DNA from: an uncultured Hyphomicrobiaceae bacterium
Lineage (GTDB): Bacteria; Pseudomonadota; Alphaproteobacteria; Rhizobiales; Rhodomicrobiaceae
Assembly: GCA_964540795.1 (NCBI GenBank)
Contig: CAZINX010000004.1
Span: forward strand, 2,041 to 66,040
Reading direction: 5' to 3'
DNA length: 64,000 nucleotides
The notes below the pieces were generated by a model that saw only the letters and a program-made list of their open reading frames with translations, ran no database searches and had not been told where the DNA came from. The stretch's first letter is position 1. Every line of letters begins with the position of its first letter. The position numbers were made by a program, and so were the translations under genes. Positions 30,544 through 37,346 of this stretch are shown here, in pieces.

Positions 30544-31767
30544 ATGGCCGCGCACCCCGAACCAACGCGTGAGGCGGGTTTGGCACGCCTTGCGGACTTC
30601 GTGCCGCGCGCCGGGCGTGACTACGCAAAGCTGCGCAATTTTGACTTCGGGCCAGAACGACACACGCAGGTCTCCGGCCTGTCGCCCTGGCTTCGGCACC
30701 GGCTCGTGCTGGAGCAAGAGGTGGTCGCGCAGACGCTTGAGCGTCACAGCCTCTCATCGGCGGAGAAATTCGTGCAGGAGGTGGTCTGGCGCACCTATTT
30801 CAAGGGCTTCATGGAGCAGCGGCCAGGCATCTGGCGGGCCTATCGCCGGGATGTCGCCGCGCTCGCCGAGCGGCTGGAGGCCGAGCCGGGCCTGCGTACG
30901 GGCTATGCCGAGGCGGTCGAGGGGCGCACCGGCATTGACTGTTTCGACGCCTGGGCGCGCGAGCTGATCGAGACCGGCTATCTGCACAATCATGCCCGCA
31001 TGTGGTTCGCCAGCATCTGGATTTTCACCCTGCGTCTGCCGTGGCAGCTCGGCGCGGATTTCTTCCTGCGGCACCTGCTGGATGGCGATCCGGCCTCGAA
31101 CACGCTGGGCTGGCGCTGGGTTGGGGGGCTGCACACCCGCGGCAAGACATATCTGGCGCGGCCGGACAACATCGCGAAATTCACCGAGGGGCGGTTCAAC
31201 CCGTCGGGCCAGCTGGCGACATCCGCGCCGCCGCTAAGTGAGGATGAGGACCATCCGCTCGTGCCCCTGCGGCACAGGGAGTCGCCGGTTAAGCCGCGCC
31301 GGGCGGGCCTGCTGGTGACCGAGGAAGATTGCGCGCCGGAGACGATCGCCTGGCCCGCGCGGCCGGTTGCCGCAATCGGCCTCACGGCCACACAGGCGCG
31401 CTCGCCCCTGCCGGTGTCGGAGGGCGCGTGCAGCTTCGCGGAAGGCGCGGTCGCCGACGCGCTCGCCCGGGCCGGCGCGCATTTCGGCGCCGAAAGCCAG
31501 CAGCCGAAGACGGCGGATTGGGGCGCGGCGCTGACGGACTGGGCGCGCACAAATGATCTGGATACCGTGTTGACGGCTTACGCGCCGATTGGCCCGGCGG
31601 CCGAGCGCCTCGCGGCGGCGCGTGCGGCGCTGGCGGATGCGGGCGTCTCGCTCATCGAGGTGTTGCGCCCGTGGGACGCGGCGGCGTGGCCCCACGCGAC
31701 CAAGGGCTTCTTCAAGCTGAAGAAGCAGATGCCGGCGCTTATCGAAGCGGCAGCCATATCTCGTTGA
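30544..31767 (+). CDS. photolyase/cryptochrome-related protein that begins in the FAD-binding helical domain and has a 170-aa C-terminal extension
   Basis: 407 aa. The FAD-domain block is TGIDCFDAWARELIETGYLHNHARMWFASIWIFTLRLPWQLGADFFLRHLLDGDPASNTLGWRWVGG. No N-terminal alpha/beta domain is possible, because only 118 bp separate it from the divergent gene. Confidence 0.8.
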   Translation: MAAHPEPTREAGLARLADFVPRAGRDYAKLRNFDFGPERHTQVSGLSPWLRHRLVLEQEVVAQTLERHSLSSAEKFVQEVVWRTYFKGFMEQRPGIWRAYRRDVAALAERLEAEPGLRTGYAEAVEGRTGIDCFDAWARELIETGYLHNHARMWFASIWIFTLRLPWQLGADFFLRHLLDGDPASNTLGWRWVGGLHTRGKTYLARPDNIAKFTEGRFNPSGQLATSAPPLSEDEDHPLVPLRHRESPVKPRRAGLLVTEEDCAPETIAWPARPVAAIGLTATQARSPLPVSEGACSFAEGAVADALARAGAHFGAESQQPKTADWGAALTDWARTNDLDTVLTAYAPIGPAAERLAAARAALADAGVSLIEVLRPWDAAAWPHATKGFFKLKKQMPALIEAAAISR

Positions 31768-31782
31768 ATCGACAACGGAAAA

Positions 31783-31867
31783 TGGTGGAGGAGGTTGGAT
31801 TCGAACCAACGTAGGCATAGCCAGCGGATTTACAGTCCGCCCCCTTTAGCCACTCGGGCACTCCTCC
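31783..31867 (-). tRNA. tRNA-Tyr (anticodon GUA), copy 1
   Basis: The reverse complement is GGAGGAGTGCCCGAGTGGCTAAAGGGGGCGGACTGTAAATCCGCTGGCTATGCCTACGTTGGTTCGAATCCAACCTCCTCCACCA. It is an 85-nt class II tRNA with a long variable arm, anticodon loop CTGTAAA and an encoded CCA. Confidence 0.95.
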
Positions 31868-31935
31868 AAAATCCCGGAGCCCCTTCGGCGCGGATGGCCT
31901 TGGCGGGAATGGGTTGTGCGCGGATCGCCCACGTC
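31783..31935. repeat. left copy of the 153-bp direct repeat (tRNA-Tyr plus 68 nt of its 5' flank)
   Basis: By hand alignment to 34525-34677, the tRNA is 85/85 identical and the flank 61/68 identical, with no indels. The period is 2742 bp. Confidence 0.9.
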
Positions 31936-32054
31936 GCGCCGACCCGGTACAATTACCCTCTGCACCGGGACGAAAATGAGCATCATTACTTGGCGCAAGA
32001 TGACCGGCACCTCTGAATAATCCAGCCAAAATATACAAATCTTGTTGAGCGGGA

Positions 32055-33260
32055 ATGCGCGAGATGCCATTTCGTATTCCTGTCGGAATATCCCTTGACC
32101 GTCCAAAGCATTCATACTATCAAATCATCAGCCAAACAGAGGCATACGGGTTGTATAAAAGAATATTGGTCAACCTCTATGATAGGGAAAAATGGAGCAC
32201 TCTTATGGTTGTCGTTCTTAAAGAAGCATCGGCAAAAAGCAAAGGCATCGTAATGTTCACTCATAAAGAACGGCAACAAATCGAACACCCCAGTCGACGG
32301 GTGAGAAAATATATCTCAGGACTTCGAAATAATTATGTGATTGGTATGCACTTTGGGGGCTATCAAGCAAACGCCGTGCCGGATATATGGTGTATTGATT
32401 TTTTTATGGGCTCTCCAAATGTTTATACTGTAGCTCCAATATCAAAAACTCCAAGAATTCACCTTGCAAGTAGGAATTTTGTTCCGAATTATTTTGATTC
32501 AAAAGACAGACCTAAGTCGCCACGTTGGGATATCATCAATATCTCAAATGGAGGTAGGAATAAGAAGCTGGCCGAGTTCTTTTACGTCATGCAGGCGGTT
32601 ATGAAGAGGCGTCCAGAAACACGAATATTATTAATATCGCCTATTGTGACTGGCAAAAAAGCCGATAAAGAGTTATTTAATAATTATTACAGTTTGTTTT
32701 CCCAAGATCAAAGACGCCGTTTTACGTTCCTTCCGCTACATAGAGATCGCGAATTATATCCAATAGGCCGAGAAGATATTGCATTTTTGATGCGTAATAG
32801 TCGTTATTTGACATTATTTAGCGAGCGAGAGGGAGAATCTAGGGTTATTGCAGAGGCGCTGTGTTGTGGCTGCAAAGTCATTGTTCGCAGCTACCTACAG
32901 GGGGGGGGTCGGGATTTTCTAACACCAGAAAATTCTTTCCAGTTTTCGACATTGCAAGAGGCTCCTGATATATTCATAAATGCGCTAGAAGACGATACTA
33001 CGTTTGATAGCAAAGAAATCATAAAATACTTGCGAGTAGACTACACCAAAACTATATTTGAGTCCGAATTGAGGTCTGTTTTTGCCCACTATGGATTGCG
33101 TTGGGACGGACAACTTAAGCCACTTGAACTTGACCAGGCTTTGCCCGGGCATAGTAAGCTGCTCGACGAAAGATATAGGTCTGGCATGACCGATGATCTT
33201 GTCAAGGAATCAAAGATGTATAGTTTCTTGAAAGACGTTTACTTTGAGAAAACTATATGA
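32055..33260 (+). CDS. GT-B fold glycosyltransferase (family-1/GT4-like C-terminal domain), N-terminal half unassigned
   Basis: 401 aa. It contains RYLTLFSEREGESRVIAEALCCGCKVIVRSYLQGGGRDFLTPENSFQF, with an E-x7-E motif (EGESRVIAE). The start is uncertain: ATG 32055 has a weak RBS, and an internal ATG (MVVVLKE...) has GGAG 8 nt upstream. Confidence 0.7.
   Translation: MREMPFRIPVGISLDRPKHSYYQIISQTEAYGLYKRILVNLYDREKWSTLMVVVLKEASAKSKGIVMFTHKERQQIEHPSRRVRKYISGLRNNYVIGMHFGGYQANAVPDIWCIDFFMGSPNVYTVAPISKTPRIHLASRNFVPNYFDSKDRPKSPRWDIINISNGGRNKKLAEFFYVMQAVMKRRPETRILLISPIVTGKKADKELFNNYYSLFSQDQRRRFTFLPLHRDRELYPIGREDIAFLMRNSRYLTLFSEREGESRVIAEALCCGCKVIVRSYLQGGGRDFLTPENSFQFSTLQEAPDIFINALEDDTTFDSKEIIKYLRVDYTKTIFESELRSVFAHYGLRWDGQLKPLELDQALPGHSKLLDERYRSGMTDDLVKESKMYSFLKDVYFEKTI
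32900..32908 (+). repeat. homopolymeric G9 tract inside the glycosyltransferase CDS
   Basis: The tract reads CAG GGG GGG GGT and encodes QGGG, immediately after the E-x7-E motif. It sits in otherwise ~35% G+C DNA. Confidence 0.9.
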
Positions 33261-33345
33261 GTACCAATCCGTACAGTCGCTTGCCTCGAGTAAAGATAGA
33301 TACCAGTACACCATCTTCGTTCGTGGACCAATTTCATGCGTGACG

Positions 33346-34266
33346 TTAATAATATGCCATTACTAAAGCTGCGCGTTCTCCATCCGAGTCCTGCGGGAGC
33401 CCGCGATGGATGCCAGCTTGATCGGAGATTACAAGAGAGCCCTTGGAGCTCAGAACAGGAACCACCGATTGCAAGTCGATGAGCGGCGCTTCTGTTGAGC
33501 TGAAGGTCATTTGCGCGATCGCTTGGTTCATCCATCGCCATGGCCCGTCTTGAGCGGAGCCCCTAACGTAGCAGTATGGTCCATCTTCGAGGCGATTGAC
33601 GTCAGATAGATACACAAATCCCTTTAGTTTTCGCTTGTAACGGTCAACGTGAAATCCCCGCGTCTTCATTACGCCACGATTAATATAAAGATTTAGGTTG
33701 CGTGGCTGAACGGCCATACCGTCTCCGCTTAGCAAGCTGAGAATGGAATTGTTCGAAAATGGATCGCGCAATTCTTGTTGACTAGTGCCAGCAAGTCGAT
33801 CAAAATTAAAGGTATCAATCATTCCTTCGTCAGCCCCACGCCGCACATCTGCTACTGTCTTAGAATATGATGCCAGCGCCTGATAGCTGTTGAGCTTATA
33901 ATGTGCCGACTGCACTAAAATTCTATCGTCCTCAAAGTTATGATTATTGGATGACTGCGCCAATGCTGCCTCTAAGACCTTCAAACATTCCTCAGCAATA
34001 GATAGCTGAGAGGCTCTAAGAAAGTTTCTGACGACAACAATACCTTCAGAATCGAGAATTTTCCGGGCTTCAATAATATCGCTCGATTTCTGGACGCGTT
34101 CTACTGTAATTTCGTTGAGGCGCCGTTGAATAACGTCCATCGATAGCTCTTTGATCACCGATAAAAAACTATCGTTAATATTGCTTAGCGCTTTTTGATC
34201 TATCAGATATTCATCATGTTTTTGGCCGCGCGGGAGCAACTTTGACTTTAAGCGCATTTTTAGCAT
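33346..34266 (-). CDS. PhyH-like Fe(II)/2-oxoglutarate-dependent oxygenase
   Basis: 306 aa. The RBS GAGGT lies 6 nt before the ATG. It has H-x-D in GFHVDRYK, then LSDVNRLEDGPYCYVRGS and a distal His in GSLVISDQAGIHRG. Confidence 0.7.
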   Translation of the reverse strand: MLKMRLKSKLLPRGQKHDEYLIDQKALSNINDSFLSVIKELSMDVIQRRLNEITVERVQKSSDIIEARKILDSEGIVVVRNFLRASQLSIAEECLKVLEAALAQSSNNHNFEDDRILVQSAHYKLNSYQALASYSKTVADVRRGADEGMIDTFNFDRLAGTSQQELRDPFSNNSILSLLSGDGMAVQPRNLNLYINRGVMKTRGFHVDRYKRKLKGFVYLSDVNRLEDGPYCYVRGSAQDGPWRWMNQAIAQMTFSSTEAPLIDLQSVVPVLSSKGSLVISDQAGIHRGLPQDSDGERAALVMAYY

Positions 34267-34524
34267 ATTGACACCTCATTCGGACTTTTCGCCAGCCGAT
34301 CACTCTATGGCTCTTAAACCTCTGGGCAATATTATCAAAAAATTTTGGGTTGCCAATCAACGGATCCGGCAATCTGCAGGTCGTTATCTTAACTCTGGTA
34401 ACTTTCCTCCGCAACTACCTTTCGTCTGGCACCAAATTTTCAAGGAGCGCGGAAGCGTTGCCCTGAAAGGCTATTAAAATCGCTTCTCCTGACTTACTGG
34501 CGTATCATTCATATATCGATGAAT

Positions 34525-34609
34525 TGGTGGAGGAGGTTGGATTCGAACCAACGTAGGCATAGCCAGCGGATTTACAGTCCGCCCCCTTTAGCCACTCGGG
34601 CACTCCTCC
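34525..34609 (-). tRNA. tRNA-Tyr (anticodon GUA), copy 2
   Basis: It is identical over all 85 nt to copy 1. Confidence 0.95.
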
Positions 34610-34677
34610 ATAATCCCGGAGTCCCTTCGGCGCGGATGGCCTTGGCGGGAATCGGTCGCGCGCGGATCGCCCGCGAC
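34525..34677. repeat. right copy of the 153-bp direct repeat
   Basis: See the left copy. The seven mismatches all lie in the 68-nt flank. Confidence 0.9.
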
Positions 34678-34738
34678 CTTTTCTGTGTTATGGGAGGCTG
34701 TGATCGTTCTGTCAACCGCAGCCGAATGTTGCGCACCG

Positions 34739-35536
34739 ATGAGCCGACAGCCGAAATCGCGCGGGCCAAACACACCGGCTGCCAAACGCCGCAGCGCCAA
34801 GCCTGCGGCCGGCCGGCGCGTGGGCGTCATGATCTTTGGCCTACACGCGGCACGCGCCGCGATTGCCAACACCGAACGCAAAATCCGCGCGGTTCTGGCG
34901 ACCGCCAATGCCGCCGAAAAGCTGAGCGATGTACTCGCCGCGCGTGGGCTGACGCCGCAAATCGTCCGGCCCGACGATCTCGCGGCCCGTTTAGGCGCGA
35001 GCGCGGTGCATCAGGGCGTGGTCGTGGAGACCGAGCCGCTGCCGCCGCGCGACATCGCGAGCTTCGAGGCTCTCAACCTCGTCGTCGTGCTCGACCAAGT
35101 CACCGATCCGCAGAATGTCGGCGCGATCCTGCGCAGCGCGGCCGCCTTTGGCGCGGACGGGCTGGTGACGACCGCGCGGCACTCGCCGCCGCTGGAAGGC
35201 GCCCTGGCCAAGGCCGCGTCGGGCGGGCTGGAGCATGTGCCGGTGGCGCTGATCCCGAACCTCGCGCGCGGGCTGGAAGAGTTGGGCGAACGCGGCGTCA
35301 TGCGGATCGGACTGGATTCGTGCGGCGATCAGGTGTTCGAGGATTTGCCGGCGTTCGACCGGCTGGCGCTCGTGCTCGGCGCGGAGGACAAGGGCCTGCG
35401 CCGCCTCACCCGCGCGCACTGCGACGCGGTTTGCGCGCTGGCCGCGCCGGGCGCGATTCATAGCCTGAATGTTTCGAACGCCGCGGCCATCGCTCTGCAT
35501 CACGCCTGGCTCAAGCGGCGGCAGGCGTCCAGATAG
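34739..35536 (+). CDS. rlmB: 23S rRNA (guanosine-2'-O)-methyltransferase RlmB (SpoU/TrmH family)
   Basis: The start is ATG 34739 (MSRQPKSRGPNTPAAKRR...). SpoU motifs VVLDQVTDPQNVGAILRSAAAFG, LVLGAEDKGLR and SLNVSNAAAIAL are present. Confidence 0.85.
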   Translation: MSRQPKSRGPNTPAAKRRSAKPAAGRRVGVMIFGLHAARAAIANTERKIRAVLATANAAEKLSDVLAARGLTPQIVRPDDLAARLGASAVHQGVVVETEPLPPRDIASFEALNLVVVLDQVTDPQNVGAILRSAAAFGADGLVTTARHSPPLEGALAKAASGGLEHVPVALIPNLARGLEELGERGVMRIGLDSCGDQVFEDLPAFDRLALVLGAEDKGLRRLTRAHCDAVCALAAPGAIHSLNVSNAAAIALHHAWLKRRQASR

Positions 35537-35572
35537 ACCGCGGCGCGCGCGCCCGGACGCCTGCGCGAAGCC

Positions 35573-35833
35573 CTACTTGTAGTGCTTGTAGCGCCGGTCT
35601 TCGCGATAGTATTGGCACACCGGCTCGCCTTTAAGCTTGTAGGCCGTCTTCTTGATGATGTTGAACGGCCACTTGTACATATGGCACTTCTCGCCAACCA
35701 GATAGGCGACGACCAGATAAGCGCCCACGCCGATCGCGATGGCGCCGCCATCGGCCTTCGCGCGATCAACCGGCGCAGCGGCAAGCGACACGGCCAGGGC
35801 CGCGCCGCCCACGACGCTCAACAGTTTGTTCAT
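35573..35833 (-). CDS. small secreted/membrane protein, Lys/Tyr-rich C-terminus (hypothetical)
   Basis: 86 aa. The signal peptide is MNKLLSVVGGAALAVSLAAAPVDRAKA, followed by a hydrophobic segment. It has two Cys and the tail YYREDRRYKHYK. Confidence 0.55.
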   Translation of the reverse strand: MNKLLSVVGGAALAVSLAAAPVDRAKADGGAIAIGVGAYLVVAYLVGEKCHMYKWPFNIIKKTAYKLKGEPVCQYYREDRRYKHYK

Positions 35834-36003
35834 GGTAAAACTTCCTCAAGCCAAAACGAAGCAGTCCCCATTACATGCTTCAGCTTTCTTAATAATCGGT
35901 TGAGGGATGGGAGCCGTTCGTCGAAAAACGGCACAAGGTCGAGGTCGGCGAGGCCGGAGCATGTGCGGGACACAAGACTTGTGATTGCCCGGTCGAGCGT
36001 CGA

Positions 36004-36639
36004 TCAGATAAGCAGGCCGAAGCCCATCCCCGGCATCATCTGCTGCAGCCCGGCGGCGAAGCCCAGCATCGGCGCGAACGCGAACGCCGCGAAGTCGTTC
36101 GGCCGCCCGCTCGCACGACCGGACTGGGGCGGCTGAGGCGCGCGAAGAAGCGGCTGCTGCCATGGGGTCGGCTGCGTGAGGCCGCGCCACCAGGCGATGC
36201 TCATCCCGAACATATCCGCACCGGTGACAGGCCCGGCGCCCCGCGTGAAGGCGCTGAAGGTCTGGGGCGAGGCGTAGGCCAGCGGCCAGGCGGCCGAGGG
36301 CATCAACCGCTGCATCGGGGTCAGGGCCCAGCCGAACGTGGCGTGCATGAGCCGCTCATAGGCGATCGCGTTCCGGACACGGCCGAAGGCAACACTGAGG
36401 CCATGCCATGTGCGGCTGAGCGTGGTCGTGACGTGAAGCGCCATCTCACGGGAAGCGCCGTGCGTTATGCCGGTCAAGGTTCGGGAGCGTTGTTCCGGCT
36501 TTGTGACGGGCGCAGACTGCTGGCGCTTTTGCGCGCCGCTTCCACCTCCGCTTGCGCCGCATGGCGCAGCGGTCGCCGTCCCAACGGCCATCAGAGGCAA
36601 GAGCCAGAACACCGCATTGATCCCATAACTGAAATGCAA
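36004..36639 (-). CDS. hypothetical secreted protein, Trp/Pro/Gln- and Met/Gly/Phe-rich C-terminus
   Basis: 211 aa. My hand translation shows strongly G/C-ending codons, typical of real genes here. The N-terminal hydrophobic segment is INAVFWLLPLMAVGTATAAP. I recognise no family. Confidence 0.55.
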   Translation of the reverse strand: MHFSYGINAVFWLLPLMAVGTATAAPCGASGGGSGAQKRQQSAPVTKPEQRSRTLTGITHGASREMALHVTTTLSRTWHGLSVAFGRVRNAIAYERLMHATFGWALTPMQRLMPSAAWPLAYASPQTFSAFTRGAGPVTGADMFGMSIAWWRGLTQPTPWQQPLLRAPQPPQSGRASGRPNDFAAFAFAPMLGFAAGLQQMMPGMGFGLLI

Positions 36640-36647
36640 CTTTTCCT

Positions 36648-36676
36648 ATAATAAACAGGCAAATATTGCGTCGCAA
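36648..36676 (-). promoter_or_regulatory. sigma70-like promoter candidate, would give a leaderless or near-leaderless mRNA for the 36639 gene
   Basis: The minus strand reads TTGCGA-N17-TATTAT. The -10 element ends 8 nt before ATG 36639. This is pattern only. Confidence 0.3.
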
Positions 36677-36733
36677 CAAAAATGTGCGGCGCAACACGAG
36701 ATCAAACTTGCGGTCAAGCCCGCGGTGCCGGCT

Positions 36734-37138
36734 TCAGCAGCCGTCCGGCCATGCTGCGCGCGGGCGCGTTGGCGCGGGGACATAAACGCGCTGGCGTTTG
36801 TGAACCCAGCGCTGGCTCGGCCCGTGATACCGCGCGACGTTTTCGTATGGCTTCAGCAGCACCCGCTTCTTGCGGTAGACGATGTGGCCCGAGCGCGTGC
36901 GGACCTTCACCTTGCGGTACCCATAGACGCCCGGCAGGCGCTCGATCCGGTAAATGCCGGGCCGGTCGACGACATGCTCGCGCACAACCCGGTGATGCAC
37001 GCGCGGCTCATGCATGAGCGTGCAGCCGTCGTCGCCGCGCAGCCAGTCGCCCAGGGCCTGGGCGGGCCGCAGATCGCCCGATACGCCGAACGCAAACGCG
37101 ACGACACCCAGAACAAGACACAAACTCAACTTTTTCAT
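36734..37138 (-). CDS. hypothetical secreted basic protein
   Basis: 134 aa. The signal peptide is MKKLSLCLVLGVVAFAFGVSG. The mature part is Arg/His/Tyr-rich. GC3 is high. Confidence 0.6.
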   Translation of the reverse strand: MKKLSLCLVLGVVAFAFGVSGDLRPAQALGDWLRGDDGCTLMHEPRVHHRVVREHVVDRPGIYRIERLPGVYGYRKVKVRTRSGHIVYRKKRVLLKPYENVARYHGPSQRWVHKRQRVYVPAPTRPRAAWPDGC

Positions 37139-37229
37139 ATTTAACCACCGTATCGGATTGATACACGCATCCTAGCGGGACCCTTCCAGCGCCGCAAAGC
37201 CGGAGACCAGAATTTGTAAATGAAACCTG

Positions 37230-37244
37230 TTCACACTGTGTGAA
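37230..37244. promoter_or_regulatory. perfect 15-bp palindrome upstream of the large glutamate dehydrogenase gene (operator candidate)
   Basis: TTCACAC-T-GTGTGAA lies about 105 nt upstream of ATG 37347. Confidence 0.3.
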
Positions 37245-37346
37245 GATGTGGAGGCCCTTGTTCTCTGCCTACTAATGCGGCACGCTGCCCGTGATCGTGG
37301 GCAATCCTCGACGTGCCGACCGACAGACAAGAAAACAGGAAGCGTC

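Larger units (their letters stand above)
31936..34524. mobile_element. AT-rich genomic islet (foreign DNA) between the two tRNA-Tyr repeats; no integrase or transposase
   Basis: Counted 60-nt lines give 33% (32401), 32% (33001) and 42% (33901) G+C, against 68% in the flank (31501). The islet carries two convergent genes only. Confidence 0.6.

Noticed and set aside
31739-32115. ORFs in the track cross the tRNA-Tyr copies (31739-32038, 31795-32016, 31846-32115, 34519-35463, 34588-34908).
   Set aside because: They are read-throughs of tRNA sequence and GC-rich flank with Arg/Pro/Gly-rich products. The duplicated peptide strings simply reflect the 153-bp DNA repeat.
31783-34609. The islet glycosyltransferase might glycosylate queuosine in the flanking tRNA-Tyr(GUA), by analogy with eukaryotic galactosyl-Q.
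   Set aside because: The idea is purely associative. tRNA genes are generic insertion sites, nothing in the sequence links the GT to tRNA binding, and bacterial Q glycosylation is not established. It is not supportable from this window.
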